Of a DNA stretch of 64,000 nucleotides, positions 35,355 through 49,391 are shown one piece after another. The notes beneath the pieces were generated by a model, which was given only the letters and a program-made list of their open reading frames with translations, searched no databases and was not told where the DNA came from. The position numbers and the translations under genes are program-made. The DNA is taken from NCBI GenBank assembly GCA_964016885.1, contig OZ024762.1, positions 8,556,001 to 8,620,000 on the forward strand. The letters are read 5' to 3'. Source of the DNA: Eledone cirrhosa (lineage: Eukaryota). Numbering within the stretch: position 1 is the stretch's first letter; each line of letters opens with the position of its first letter.

Positions 35355-38300
35355 CTATATATATATATGTATACATACATATGTATGTATATATATAGAC
35401 ATACATATGTATGTATATATACATACATATGTATATATACATGTGTATATGTATACATACGTATGTATGTATATACACATACATGTATATGTATACATAC
35501 ATATGTATATATACATACATGTGTATGTATATATACATACATCCGAATGTATGTATATATACATATGTATGTATACATACATACGTATGTATACATATAT
35601 ACGTATGTATGTACACATACGTATTTATATATACATACGTATGTATGTATATGTATGTTTATATACATACGTATGTATGTATACATACATACGTATGTAT
35701 ACATACATACGTATGTATGTATACATACATATGTATGTATACATACGTATGTGTATATATACATACGTATGTGTATATATACATACGTATGTGTATAAAT
35801 ACATACGTATGTGTATAAATACATACGTATGTATGTATACATACGTATGTATGTATACATACGTATGTATGTATACGTATGTATGTATACATACATACAT
35901 ATGTATATATATACGTATGTATGTATACATACGTATGTATGTATACATACGTATGTATATCCACATACATATGTATGTATACATACGTATGTATGTATAC
36001 ATACATATGTATATATTCATATGTATGTATACATATGTATGTATGCATATATACATATGTATATATACATACGTATGTATACATACATACGTATATATAT
36101 ATACATATGTATGTATACATACATACGTATGTATATATACATACGTATGTGTACATACATACGTATGTATACATACATACGTATGTATATATACATACGT
36201 ATGTATTTATACACATACGTATGTATATATACACATACGTATGTATATAAACATATGTATACATACATGTGTATATATACATACGTATGTATACATACAT
36301 ATGTATATATACATACATACGTATGTATGTATATATACATATGTATGTATACATACGTATGTATATATACATACATGTGTATGTATATATACATACATGT
36401 GTATGTATATATACATGCGAATGTATGTATATATACATATGTATGTATACATACGTATGTATATATACACATGTATGTATACATATGTTTATATACATAC
36501 GTATGTGTATATATACATACGTATGTGTATAAATACATACGTATGTATATATACATACGTATGTATGTATACATACGTATGTATGTACACATACGTATGT
36601 ATATATACATACGTATGTATACATACATATGTATATATATATACGTATGTATGTATACATACGTACGTATATATACATATGTATATATACGTACGTATGT
36701 ATACATACATATGAATATATACATATGTATGTATACATACATACGTATGTATACATACGTATGTATATATACATATGTATGTATACATACGTATGTATGT
36801 ATACATACGTATGTATGTATACATACGTATGTATGTATACATACGTATGTATGCATACATACGTATGTATATATACATACATATGTATATATACATATGT
36901 ATACATACATACGTATGTATACATACATACATATGTATATATACATATGTATGTATACATACGTATGTATATATACGTATGTATATATACATACATACGT
37001 ATGTATATATACATATGTATGTATGTATACATACATACGTATGTATATATACATACGTATGTATGTATACATACATATGTATGTACATACGTATGTATAT
37101 ATACATACGTATGTATATATACATACATGTGTATGTATATATACATATGTATGTATACATACGTATGTATATATACATACGTATGTATACATACATACGT
37201 ATGTATATATACATACGTATGTATGTTTACATACGTATGTATGTATACATACGTATGTATGTACACATACGTATATATGTATACATACGTATGTATACAT
37301 ACATATGTATATATACATACACATGTATGTATATATACATACGTATGTATATATACATACGTATGTACATACATATGTATGTATACATACGTATGTATAT
37401 ATACATACGTATGTATGTATACATACATACATATGTATATATACATACGTATGTATGTATATATACATACGTATATATACATACGTATGTATACATACAT
37501 ATGTATATATACGTATGTATGTATACATACGTATGTATGTATACATATGTATATATACATATGTATGTATATATACATATGTATGCATACATACGTATGT
37601 ATACATACATACGTATGTGTACATACATACGTATGTATACATACATACGTATGTATATATACATACGTATGTATTTATACACATACGTATGTATATAAAC
37701 ATATGTATACATACATGTGTATATATACATACGTATGTATACATACATATGTATATATACATACATTCGCATGTATGTATATATACATACGTATGTATGT
37801 ATATATACATATGTATGTATACATACGTATGTATATATACATACATGTGTATGTATATATACATGCGAATGTATGTATATATACATATGTATGTATATAT
37901 ACGTATGTATATATACACATGTATGTATACATATGTTTATATACATACGTATGTGTATATATACATACGTATGTGTATAAATACATACGTATGTATATAT
38001 ACATACGTATGTATGTATATATACATACACATGTATGTATATATACATACGTATGTATACATACATATGTATATATACATACATACATACGTATGTATAT
38101 ATACATACATACGTATGTATGTATATATACATATGTATGTATACATACGTATGTATATATACATACATGTGTATGTAAATATACATACGTATGTATACAT
38201 ACATACGTATGTATGTATACATACGTATGTATATATACATATGTATGTATACATACATACGTATGTATATATACATACGTATGTATGTATACATACATAT

Positions 38301-39846
38301 GTATGTATACATACATATGTATGTACATACGTATGTATATATACATACGTATGTATATATACATACATGTGTATGTATATATACATACGTATGTATATAT
38401 AGATACGTATGTATGTTTACATACGTATGTATGTTTACATACGTATGTACACATACGTATATATGTATACATACGTATGTATGTATACATACGTATGTAT
38501 ATATACATACGTATGTATACATACGTATGTATATATACATACGTATGTATACATACATATGTATATATACATACGTATGTATACATACATACGTATGTAT
38601 ATATACATACGTATGTATGTATACATATGTATGTATGTATACATACGTATGTATATATACATATGTATGTATATATACATATGTACGTATGTATATATAC
38701 ATACATACGTATGTATACATACATACGTATGTATACATACATACGTATATATATACGTATGTATACATACGTATGTATGTATACATACGTATGTATATAT
38801 ATATACGTATGTATGTATATATACATACGTATGTATACACACATACGTATGTATACATACATATGTATACATACATACGTATGTATACATACATATGTAT
38901 GTATACATACATACGTATGTATGTATACATACGTATACATACATACGTATGTATACATACATACGTATGTATATATACATACGTATGTATGTTTACATAC
39001 GTATGTATGTATACATACGTATGTACGTATATATACATACATATGTATGTATACATACATACGTATGTAAACATACATACGTATGTATACATACCTATAT
39101 GTATACATGCATACGTATGTATGTATACATACATACGTATGTATATATACACACATACGTATGTATTTATACATACTTATGTATGTATATATACATACGT
39201 ATGTATGTATACATACGTATGTGTGTATACATACGTATGTATGCATACATATGTATGTATGCATACATATGTATATATACATACATATATATACATACAT
39301 ACGTATGTATATATACATACATACGTATGTATACATATGTATATATACATATGTATGTATATATATACATATGTATACATACATATGTATGTATACATGC
39401 ATACGTATGTATATATACATACGTATGCATATATACATACGTATGTATATATACATACGTATGTATATATACATATGTATATATACATACATACGTATGT
39501 GTATATATATACACATACGTATGTGTATATATATACACATACGTATGTGTATATATATACACATACGTATGTGTATATATATACACATGTATATATATAC
39601 ATACATAAGTGTGTATATATATACATACGTATGTATGTATATACATACGTATGTATGTATATACATATATATGTATATATATACATACATATATATGTAT
39701 ATATATACATATGTATATATATACATATATATGTATATATATACATACATATGTATATATATATGTATATATATATACATATATATGTATATATATACAT
39801 ATATATGTATGTATATATACATGCATATGTATGTATATACATACAT
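35355..39846. repeat. 4.5 kb alternating purine-pyrimidine satellite (ATAC/GTAT/TA/ACGT units)
   Basis: Built from self-complementary TACATACGTATGTA-type units; almost no RR or YY steps. Confidence 0.95.
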
Positions 39847-42800
39847 CTTTAATTGCTTAGCTATATTTATATAATACAGTAGTCTAGAGATATAAGGCTA
39901 TTAATATGTATGTAGGTTGTTGTCTTTATATCTGTGTAGTGTAACTTCTAAATTTACAATGAAGATATGCTTTATATACACAAAAGTGTTTATATGGTGA
40001 CTATGCCTGTCTAGAGGAGAACAGGGTATTGATGTATCCTTTAAAAAAAAAGGGTCACTGTGTACATATGGTTCTACATACTGTACTCAACTTCAATACA
40101 GCTAGCTCTCTTGCTTCTTAGGAAGCATGTACACGTTCTACTATGAGATGCTTATACACAACTAGAAGAACAATAGTAGTAGTTTCCTAAGAGACGTATG
40201 TGTAGTATCTCGCGAGGATGTATTGATATGTATGTACAGATCAAAACCTCTTATCTTATATATGTATGATCACTTCCAGGTTTCTACAGTCATGTGTATA
40301 ATATAAAGAGACACACACAATGTGGGTTTAGATATATTCTATAGAATACAGTTTCTTATATACAGACATGTCTACATTGATGTTATTTACCTGTATATAG
40401 AGATGGCTTGTTTCTAATAGGTGTGTATCTAGGAAATAATTTATATAATATGAATCTAGTATACAGTGACAGAAGGTTTTTGTCTTCCTACAGTGTAAGA
40501 GGTGTCTAGTGTGTGTATATATACAGGGAGTAAATAATAAGGCAACAAAGGAAAATACTGGTTTATTCTTTTATTTCACAATTTATTTACCTTTCTTCTT
40601 GAGATAGGGTTGTAGTAGTCTCCAGGTCTGGTGCTGTTCCTTAGGAATATAAAATAGGTTAGTTGTGTATATATAAAGGTTTAGCTTTGTATCTAGTGAA
40701 GAACATTTATATATGAATGATGTAGCTATCAAGCAGGTGAGGATGCTAGAAGTAGTAGTAAGGAGTCTTACGGCAGAGTAATGGAGCTACCATGCTTCGT
40801 TAGATATAAAATATAACTGTATGGTTTAGCTTCTATATTCATATGTCTAGAGAAGGTTTAGTTTCATGTCTATTATTCCAGTATGAACAAGTTTGTATAT
40901 TGCGCCTCATAAGTATCTGTTATGATAGAAGGGAGACCGTTTATACATGAATATAACTTCATGTGTACGTATGTCCCCAGGATTCTTCCTCTACATGGTT
41001 TAGAATAAATTTACGGCTAATACATAAATATGCCTGAAGTGTTTGTGTATTTACGTGAAAAAGTGTCTTCTTGTATATAGTATATCTGTGTGTATTCAGG
41101 TATAAGGTTTATGTACAGAAGATAAAATGTGTATAGAGAGGAAGCTTGGTTATATTTCCTTACAAGTATGTATATAGTATCGAGAGAAGATTTAGTTGTA
41201 ACATATTAGAAGAGGTGTGTATATATACAGATCATGGTTAGTTTTGTTTCATAATAGAGGAGGGTAACATGTATGTTTAGTTAGAAGAGGTAGCTGCGTG
41301 TATATATTTAGTTTTGTTTCTTTAAAAGACATGGCAACTTACTTTTGTGTCTCAACAATGTGTGTGTATATACGGCAAATAAAACTTTACATACCTCTTT
41401 ACACGAACGTAAAATCCAAACCGGTATCGTTAATAGTCCCAGAGTAAATAGAATGATGTTACCGCTTCAATACACTGAAAAGAAATGACAACAAAGTAAG
41501 AAGAGTTCCACAAACCGGAAGTAGTTCAATGTAAACAAAGGGCAAATAATTCAAATTAAGGGGAGATAACTCTCGTCAAATTGTTTGGCAAAAACTCATG
41601 CGAGTGGGAGAGCAGGCCAGCATAAAGCCAGCCTGCTGTGGTCCCGGCCGACCCCCGCAACGATTCGAACTTCAGACACGATCGAGTGGTCATGCCATAC
41701 CTAAGTACGACAGCGAAGCCAGAAACGCTACGTGCAGCGCCACGCACAAGCCGCAATTCTACAGAGTCAAATAGGCATATTTATAGCTAACATTTTCCTT
41801 CTTTTTTTAAAAAAAAAAGAAACGGAAAGAAAGCAAGATAACACGACATATTCCGAGTGTTATCTCGTTTTCTTTCCGTTTCTCTTTCTATATAAATATA
41901 ACGGGATATATAGCCATTAAGGAACTGCTAGTGTTTTGTACATATATAACGGGATATACACGAATAGAAGCCAGGGAATATGTAGTAAGGGGTTGACTTG
42001 TATAGGGAGTCAATAGTTTTGTAGCAAGGACCATTTTCGCCAACTTCAAATTCTACGTAAATAAGGTTCGCATTTTTGCCCACTTCTTAGACATAAGATA
42101 GGGAGGAGGCTCACCTTATATTCGAGTATTTTGTACATCTAGACCGGCATCATCATGAGTAAAGCCTACCAGGTGCTACTTTGTTGAACGAGAGTAAGGC
42201 TGTGGGCTGATGTTTTAGATGGTCCTCAGGGCTCTGCTGTCAATCGACTTTGTGTGGGGCCACGTTTCTGCTCCATAGAGGAGAAGACTGATGCATCTTT
42301 TCAGAACAATTAATATGTAGGTAACATAGCCTTAGAGAGATCTGTATTTGTAATAGTATCGATTTGGGTAATCTTAAGACCATGATTCCAATCAATATAT
42401 GTATTGATTAAACCTAAATATAGTATATATAAAATCTGTTCTCAGCTTCTCACCAGTTTCTTTGGAATTAAGTGTCTGAGAGTATAAGACTCTCCCTGGA
42501 TAGGACACTGGTCTATCGCAGGATTAACTCCTCAGCTGAGTGTACTGATGAAATGTTTTTAAAGACTTACATACAGAACTTCCAAGCTGTGAGAGTTGTA
42601 TGTATGGACCCGTAACTCCCAAGGGAGTCATAGAGGCAACGCATTGACATACAGTGTTTCTAGGGCTCTTTTTAAAACCTGGCAGAGCCCAGGTCTGAAT
42701 ACCGCGGATTTCTTCTAGAGAAGTGTAGAGGAAGAATTCACCCCAGTACTAGACTGGTACTTTTTTTATCAACCTTGAATGGATGAAAGGCAAAGTTGGC

Positions 42801-43475
42801 CTTGATGGGATTTGAATTCAGACAGCTGAAATGAAGGCATTCTATCTGTTACATTTATATATACATACTTTCTTTGTCTAATAAACAAAACTAAATCTTC
42901 TCTAGACACACACATAAGGTTACACTTATATAAACCTTCTTCTGTACAAACGAGGGTCAACTGAAAAGCTCATAGGCTGACTATGAAGGAGTGATGCTAG
43001 AACAGTGAAATCTTGCATGCATTAATTTCAACTCTCCTTACTAATAACTGCATTGTTTCTTTCCATTTGGTCAGTCAGCCATCTTACATATATACTTCTG
43101 ATTCTCTTTTTTACTAAGAAACAGAATTAAACCTTCTCTACACAGGAAAATATTACTGACATCTTCAAAGGAATATAAATAAACTTCCTTATCTAGCGAC
43201 GAACATGTGAAATAAATCAAACTTTTGCTTTTTCATTTCTTCTAAGAAACAAGACAGCTAATGCCAATAAGTGTGTATACAAAAAAAATGTCTACACACT
43301 TCAGGAAAAGAAACATTTGTATAAATATATATATTTAGCACCCATCCAGCTTCTGAGTGAATCTCTTGGTCAGTGTCCTAGTCTCAGACCCGTACAGCAA
43401 TACAGATGAATCTTCAGGTCTTTATGAAGGTCCAACCTCAAACTGTGTATACACAATTGATGGACAAATATAATT

Positions 43476-43514
<39 letters not shown>

Positions 43515-44045
43515 CTGCTTCCTCTGGTGACAAAGAAGGGTTTCTCCCTGCATACAAAAGGTTGGTTGTTTGATGCCTGTGTGAGATGCACAATGTTGCA
43601 TGGTAGTGAGACATGGGCAGCAACTGCAGAGGATATGCGAAGGCTGGAGAGAAATGAAGCAAGCATGCTCCATTGGATGTGCGTGAAAGACCAAGCATGG
43701 ACGAGTTGAGAGTGAAACTCTATAAGAAGGATAAACTGCAGTGTGCGGGAGAAAAGACTGCGTTAGTATGGCCATGCGATGCGTATGCAGGATTACCGCA
43801 GGGTGAAGAAGGGCCAAGTAATCCCAGTAGGAGGAATATGCAGTAGAGGAAGACCAAGGAAGATATGGGCAGAGGTAGAGAGCTGACCTCAGATCGTTGA
43901 AGCTCAGAGGAGATGATGAAGGAGAGATGCTGCGCAGAAGAGGATCTGTCCCACCCTTATAAGCAGGGAAAAGTGGATGTATAATGATGATGATATATAT
44001 ACCCTTGCAAACAGGGAAAAGCAGACGTATAATGAAAATGATGAT
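43515..44045 (+). mobile_element. RTE LINE 3' fragment (copies 46590-46895, 53842-54350, 62046-62555; short copy ~17175-17330)
   Basis: KGWLFDACVRCTMLHGSETW...MRRLERNEASML...LRWYGH...RGRPRKIW; (GAT)n tail duplicated. Confidence 0.85.
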
Positions 44046-45259
44046 ATATATAGAGATAGATAGATATGTATATATATATATATATTTATACTTATACGTC
44101 ATGGTGGCTACAGGTGCCAAGAGGAAGAAGCCGGACAATCCTCTGATATTTGTTTATCTTCCTTTCCTTCGTGGGCCGTGGTACCCGGGTTTGTGGCCGA
44201 AGCGACCAGGTTGAAATCAGCCACCGGTGGTTGATATCACTAGGTTAGGAAACCCTGGTTTAGTCGCTCCAGTTATTACTTCGTTAGACATAGTCAGTAA
44301 TTGAAATTAAAGCCTAAAGGTGTACTAAAGCCACAAACATTTTTCTATCTATGAATTATTAGTGGTGTAAACAGATGAATTAAAGTCAAAGCTAACAAAT
44401 ATATCACCAAGAAGAATATCTAAGGATTTCCAAAGTGTAAAGTCAGCTCAAGCCTGGAGACTTATCAAGCAGGTGCCTGTCCCAGTTCCTGTAGCGTAAA
44501 GAGACTGAGAGTACATGACTTCCCCCTGGACATGATGTCAGTCCATCGCAGGGTTAACCCCCCACCTATGTGAAATGAAGTTTTTGCTCAAGTAAAACAA
44601 CTAACAACACAGTCCAGGAATCGAATACACATATGATCGTAAGACCACGGGCCTCCACTATCGAAGGATCTACCCTTCATTAAAGAATAAATTAGACTTA
44701 TGCTTACATCGCCGACATAATTATGGTCGGAAAGGACATTACTGAAAATAAGGAATGAACAACTAAAGGAAGACAATAGAAACGGTCCCTCCTATCTGAA
44801 ATATTAAGGAAGGAATCTACACAGGAGGGCCCATCTTCCTACCAAAAGAATTATTTTAACAAGCCTACATCCTACTGAGCCCAAGAAAGGGGCCTCATAA
44901 CTAGAACAGGCCTCATTTGTCCTAAATACGGAGCTGACTTTACATATAATTATATATATGCATATGTATATATATATAGTATGTGTGTGTGTATGAAGAT
45001 GTATGACCCCTAGCAAGCCAAACTACAGTTACTCCCCAACATGGAGAGCAAATTAAAACATTACCTGTTAGAGACGAACGTGAAATGATTTGTTAGTGAA
45101 CTACCGGTGTAACAGTAATTATGTTACCGGTGTAACTATTTCTGTTTACCTTATTTTTAAATCACACTCCTATATTAGTTTAGTGACCTTTCAATTCAAA
45201 TAAATTCTTGATGATGATTGAACTCGCATCGGAGTAGCCCAACGCCTTGGCTTCCGCGT

Positions 45260-45620
45260 GTGTGAGCCACATAAATGCTCTCAACGACATAATGAGAAGA
45301 AGCCTAGACGCAGCTGACTTTCCATCTCAACAGGAGCCAGCAGGCCTAGGCCGCGGAGATGGCAAGCACCCCGAGGGAATCACCCTCTTCCCATTCGAAG
45401 GAGGTAGATCCACAAACCCCAGCATCGCTGCCCGTCTCGCAGATAAACATATTCCGGTGTTTGTCCTGGCGCTTCTTCTACGCACCAGCCGCCGTCGAGA
45501 CCCCAGGCCTACTTAGACCCATTACAGCCGAGCTCCTCCGCAAGATCAGAGTTTCTATGGCCCGTCTGAGGATGGAGTCCCACGTGGTTGGATGCCTGTT
45601 GCAGCAGATGTCACTGCCCT
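45260..45620 (+). mobile_element. Decayed C-terminal restriction-like endonuclease region of a CRE-type non-LTR element (copies ~47316-47690, 55556-55930, 63760-64000)
   Basis: HxNALNDIxRRSL...EPAGLGRGDGKHPEGITLFPF resembles the EPxGLxRxDGKRPDG motif of RLE-type retrotransposons. Confidence 0.65.
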
Positions 45621-45844
45621 TACATATATATACGTAAATGTCCCCTTGACTGCTATTTCTAGCATATATTAATAGACACTTTAGAAACAGCAGCTAAAAA
45701 TCAGGAAACAACAGTGTGTGTCTGTATATATATACACAGAGAGAAAGAGAGAGAGATATATATATAGAGAGAGCAGCCAAAGACACACATACACATAGGT
45801 GTATGTCTGCGTGTATGTATATATATGTGTGTCTTTGCGTTCTT

Positions 45845-45875
<31 letters not shown>

Positions 45876-47805
45876 TTATTTATATTTATATCAGTGATTC
45901 CCAACCTTTAATTAAACAAACCTGCTATGAAGCGATGATCAAATTAAACACCAAAATGTAAACAAACAGCCCATAGGTGCTGCCGGATACACGATAACAT
46001 GTGTAGACGAAGTAAAACTTTTATTACTGTAATATAAAGTAGAAAGCCCTTAAACAAAGCTGCGATGCAGCGATGATCAAAACAAACTTCAAAATGTAAA
46101 CAAACTTCTCGTAGGTGCTGTCAGATACACGATAACATGTGTATCTGGAGGTTTGGTCGTATTATATCACTTTCAAATTGACCCCTATTATATTCAAATT
46201 ATCCCCTGTGGGGCGTGCACTCCACGTTGAGAATCCCTCATAAATAAATATATGCGAGTGTGTTGCTGACTGCTATTTCTAGCAGGTTTACTGCAGTCCT
46301 GTAGACGCACAACAAAAACTGGAAGTGGCAGCCATTAAAAAACTTTGGCTTAAAATCAGGCAAAAGTTTTTTAACAACAGAAAATTTAATGTAAACAAAC
46401 CAGGGTGTTTTTGCCAAGAATGATAAATCTTGTCTTATTTAATCGCAAAAATTTTGCGGGTGTGCAGTCTGTTTGGTGTATTTGACTGCTATTTCTAGCA
46501 TATATAGACACTTTAGAAATAGCAGCGAAACACGGGAAACATCAGAAAGAAGGACACACCAATTTTTGTCTCGATTTTTGCGATTAAGTAGTGTGCGGGA
46601 GAAAAGACTGCGTTGGTATGGCCATGCGATGCGTATGCAGGATTACCGCAGGGTGAAGAAGTGACAAGTAATCCCAGTGGGAGGAAGACCAAGGAAGATA
46701 TGGGCCGAGGTAGTGAGAGCTGACCTCAGATCGTTGAAGTTCAGAGGAGATGATGAAGGAGAGATGCTGTGCTGAAGAGGATCTGTCCCACCCTGATAAG
46801 CAGGGAAAAGTGGATGTATAATGATGATGATATATATATATATGTCCCACCCTTGCAAACAGGGAAAAGCAGACGTATAATGAAAATGATGATATATATA
46901 TAGATAGATAGATATGTATATATATATATATATATATTTATACTTATACGTCATGGTGGCTACAGGTGCCAAGAGGAAGAAGCCGGACAATCCTCTGATA
47001 TTTGTTTATCTTCCTATCTTTTGTGTATATATATATAATATGTGTGTTTATGAAGATGTATGACCCCTAGCAAGCAAACTATAGTTACTCCCCAACATGG
47101 AGAGCAAATAAAAACATTACCTGTTAGAGACGAACGTGGAATGATTTGTTAGTGAACTACCGGTGTAACAGTAATTATGTTACCGGTGTAACTATTTCTG
47201 TTTACCTTATTTTTAAATCACACTCCTATATTAGTTTAGTGACCTTTCAATTCAAATAGATTCTTGATGATGATTGAACTCGCATCGGAGTAGCCCAACG
47301 CCTTGGCCTCCGCGTGTGTGAGCCACATAAATGCTCTCAACGACATAGTGAGAAGAAGCCTGGACGCAGCTGAATTTCCATCTCAACTGGAGCCAGCAGG
47401 CCTAGGCCGCGGAGATGGCAAGCACCCCGAGGGAATCACCCTCTTCCCATTCGAAGGAGGTAGATCCACAAACCCCAGCATCGCTGCCCGTCTCGCAGAT
47501 GAACATAAAATAAACAAATTCCGGTGTTTGTCCTGGAGCCTCTTCTATACGCACCAGCCGCCGTCGAGACCCCAGGTCAACTTGGACCCATTACAGCCGA
47601 GCTCCTCCGCAACATCGGAGTGTCTGTGGCCCGTCTGAGGATGGAGTCCCACGAGGTTGGATGGTTGTTGCAGCAGGTGCCACTGCCCTTACATATATAT
47701 ACGTAAATGTTCCCTTGACTGCTATTTCTAGCATATATTAATAGACACTTTAGAAACAGCACTAAAAATCAGGAAACAACAGTGTGTGTCTGTATATATA
47801 TACAC

Positions 47806-47838
<33 letters not shown>

Positions 47839-47938
47839 TATAGAGAGAGCGGCCAAAGACACGCACACACGCACATACACATACACACAGGTGTATGTCT
47901 GCGTGTATGTATATATATGTGTGTGTCTTTGCGTTCTC

Positions 47939-48007
<69 letters not shown>

Positions 48008-48696
48008 CAGTGATCCCCCTCGCAACCTTTAATTAAACAAATCTGCTATGAAGCGATAATCAAATTAAACACCAAAATGTAAACAACAGCCCATAGGTGC
48101 TGCCGGATACACGATAACATGTGTAGACGAAGTAAAACATTTATTACTGTAATATAAAGTAGAAACCCCTTATTTAAACAAAGCTGCGATGCAGCGATGA
48201 TCAAAACAAACTTCTCGTAGGTGCTGCCAGATACACGATAACATGTGTATACGAAGTGTATCTGGAAGCTTGGTCGTATTATATCACTTTCAAATTGACC
48301 CCTATTATATTCAAATTATCCCCTGTGGGGCGTGCACCCCACGTTGAGAATCCCTCATAAATAAATATATGTGAGTGTGTTGCTATGACTGTTATTTCTA
48401 GCAGGTTTACTGCAGTCCTGTAGACGCACAACAAAAACCGGAAGTGGCAGCCATTAAAAAACTTTGGCTTAAAATCAGGCAAAAGTTTTTTAACAATTTG
48501 CCAAGAAAGATAACTCTTGTCTTACTTAATCGCAAAAATCGAGGCAAAAATTTTGCGTGTGTGCAGTTTGTTTGGTGTATTTGACTGCTATTTCTAGCAT
48601 GTATGGACACTTTAGAAATAGCAGCGATAAACGGAAAACAGCAGATAGAAGGACACACACCTATATATATATATATATACCAGCTATACACTCACC

Positions 48697-48732
<36 letters not shown>

Positions 48733-49391
48733 TACATAATTATATATCTATATACGTGTGTGTCCTTCTTTCTTATGTTTTCCGTGTTTCGCTGCTATTT
48801 CTAAAGTGTCCATATATGCTAGAAAAAGCAGTCAAATACACCAAACAAACTGCACACCCGCAAAATTTTTGCCTCGATTTTTGCGATTAAGTAAGACAAG
48901 AGTTATCTTTCTTGGCAAATTGTTAAAAAACTTTTGCCTGATTTTAAGTCAAAGTTTTTTAATGGCTGCCACTTCCGGTTTTTGGTGTGCGTCTACAGGA
49001 CTGCAGTAAACCTGCTCGAAATAGCAGTCATAGCAACACACTCACATATATTTATTTATGAGGGATTCTCAACGTGGGGTGCACGCATAACAGGGGATAA
49101 TTTGAATATAATAGGGGTCAATTTGAAAGTGATATAATACGACCCAACTCCCTGTTACACTTCGTATACACGTTATCGTGTATCTGGCAGCACCTGCGAG
49201 AAGTTTGTTGACATTTTGGGGTTTGCTTTGATGATCGCTGCATCGCAGCTTTGTTTAAATAAAGGGTTTCTACTTTATATTACAATAATAACACTTTTAC
49301 AAGACTCGGATTGTTTTTATATTAAAGGGGGGACATAAACATATTTTAAATGTCGAGGTGGGGCATGGTGCAGAGAAGGTTTTAAACCACT
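48008..49391. mobile_element. Fold-back element with ~520-bp inverted arms inside hAT-like termini (copy ~56222-57595; collapsed copy ~45892-46589)
   Basis: 48141-48660 is the reverse complement of 48756-49290, with a (TA)n spacer; outer ends CAGTGAT...AACCTT / AAGGTT...CCACTG. Confidence 0.75.

Larger units (their letters stand above)
31060..43165. repeat. Large inverted duplication: left arm ~31060-33037, right arm ~41255-43165
   Basis: ORFs 32429+ and 41556- are near-identical; blocks 31060-31300, 31530-31975 and 32085-33037 match the reverse complements of 42205-42395, 42650-43165 and 41255-42128. Confidence 0.85.

Noticed and set aside
35329-39874. Very long ORFs (up to 863 aa) rich in Y/I/H/T/M/V/C on both strands
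   Set aside because: All stop codons contain two adjacent purines, so an alternating purine-pyrimidine satellite is open in nearly every frame; these are not genes.
41590-41680. HDV-like ribozyme, vault RNA or 7SL identity for the GC-rich core
   Set aside because: Only short superficial word matches; I could not build the nested pseudoknot or the expected terminal stems by eye.
43370-43430. CTGAAGA on the minus strand as another hammerhead
   Set aside because: No correctly placed GAAA, stem III or UH downstream.
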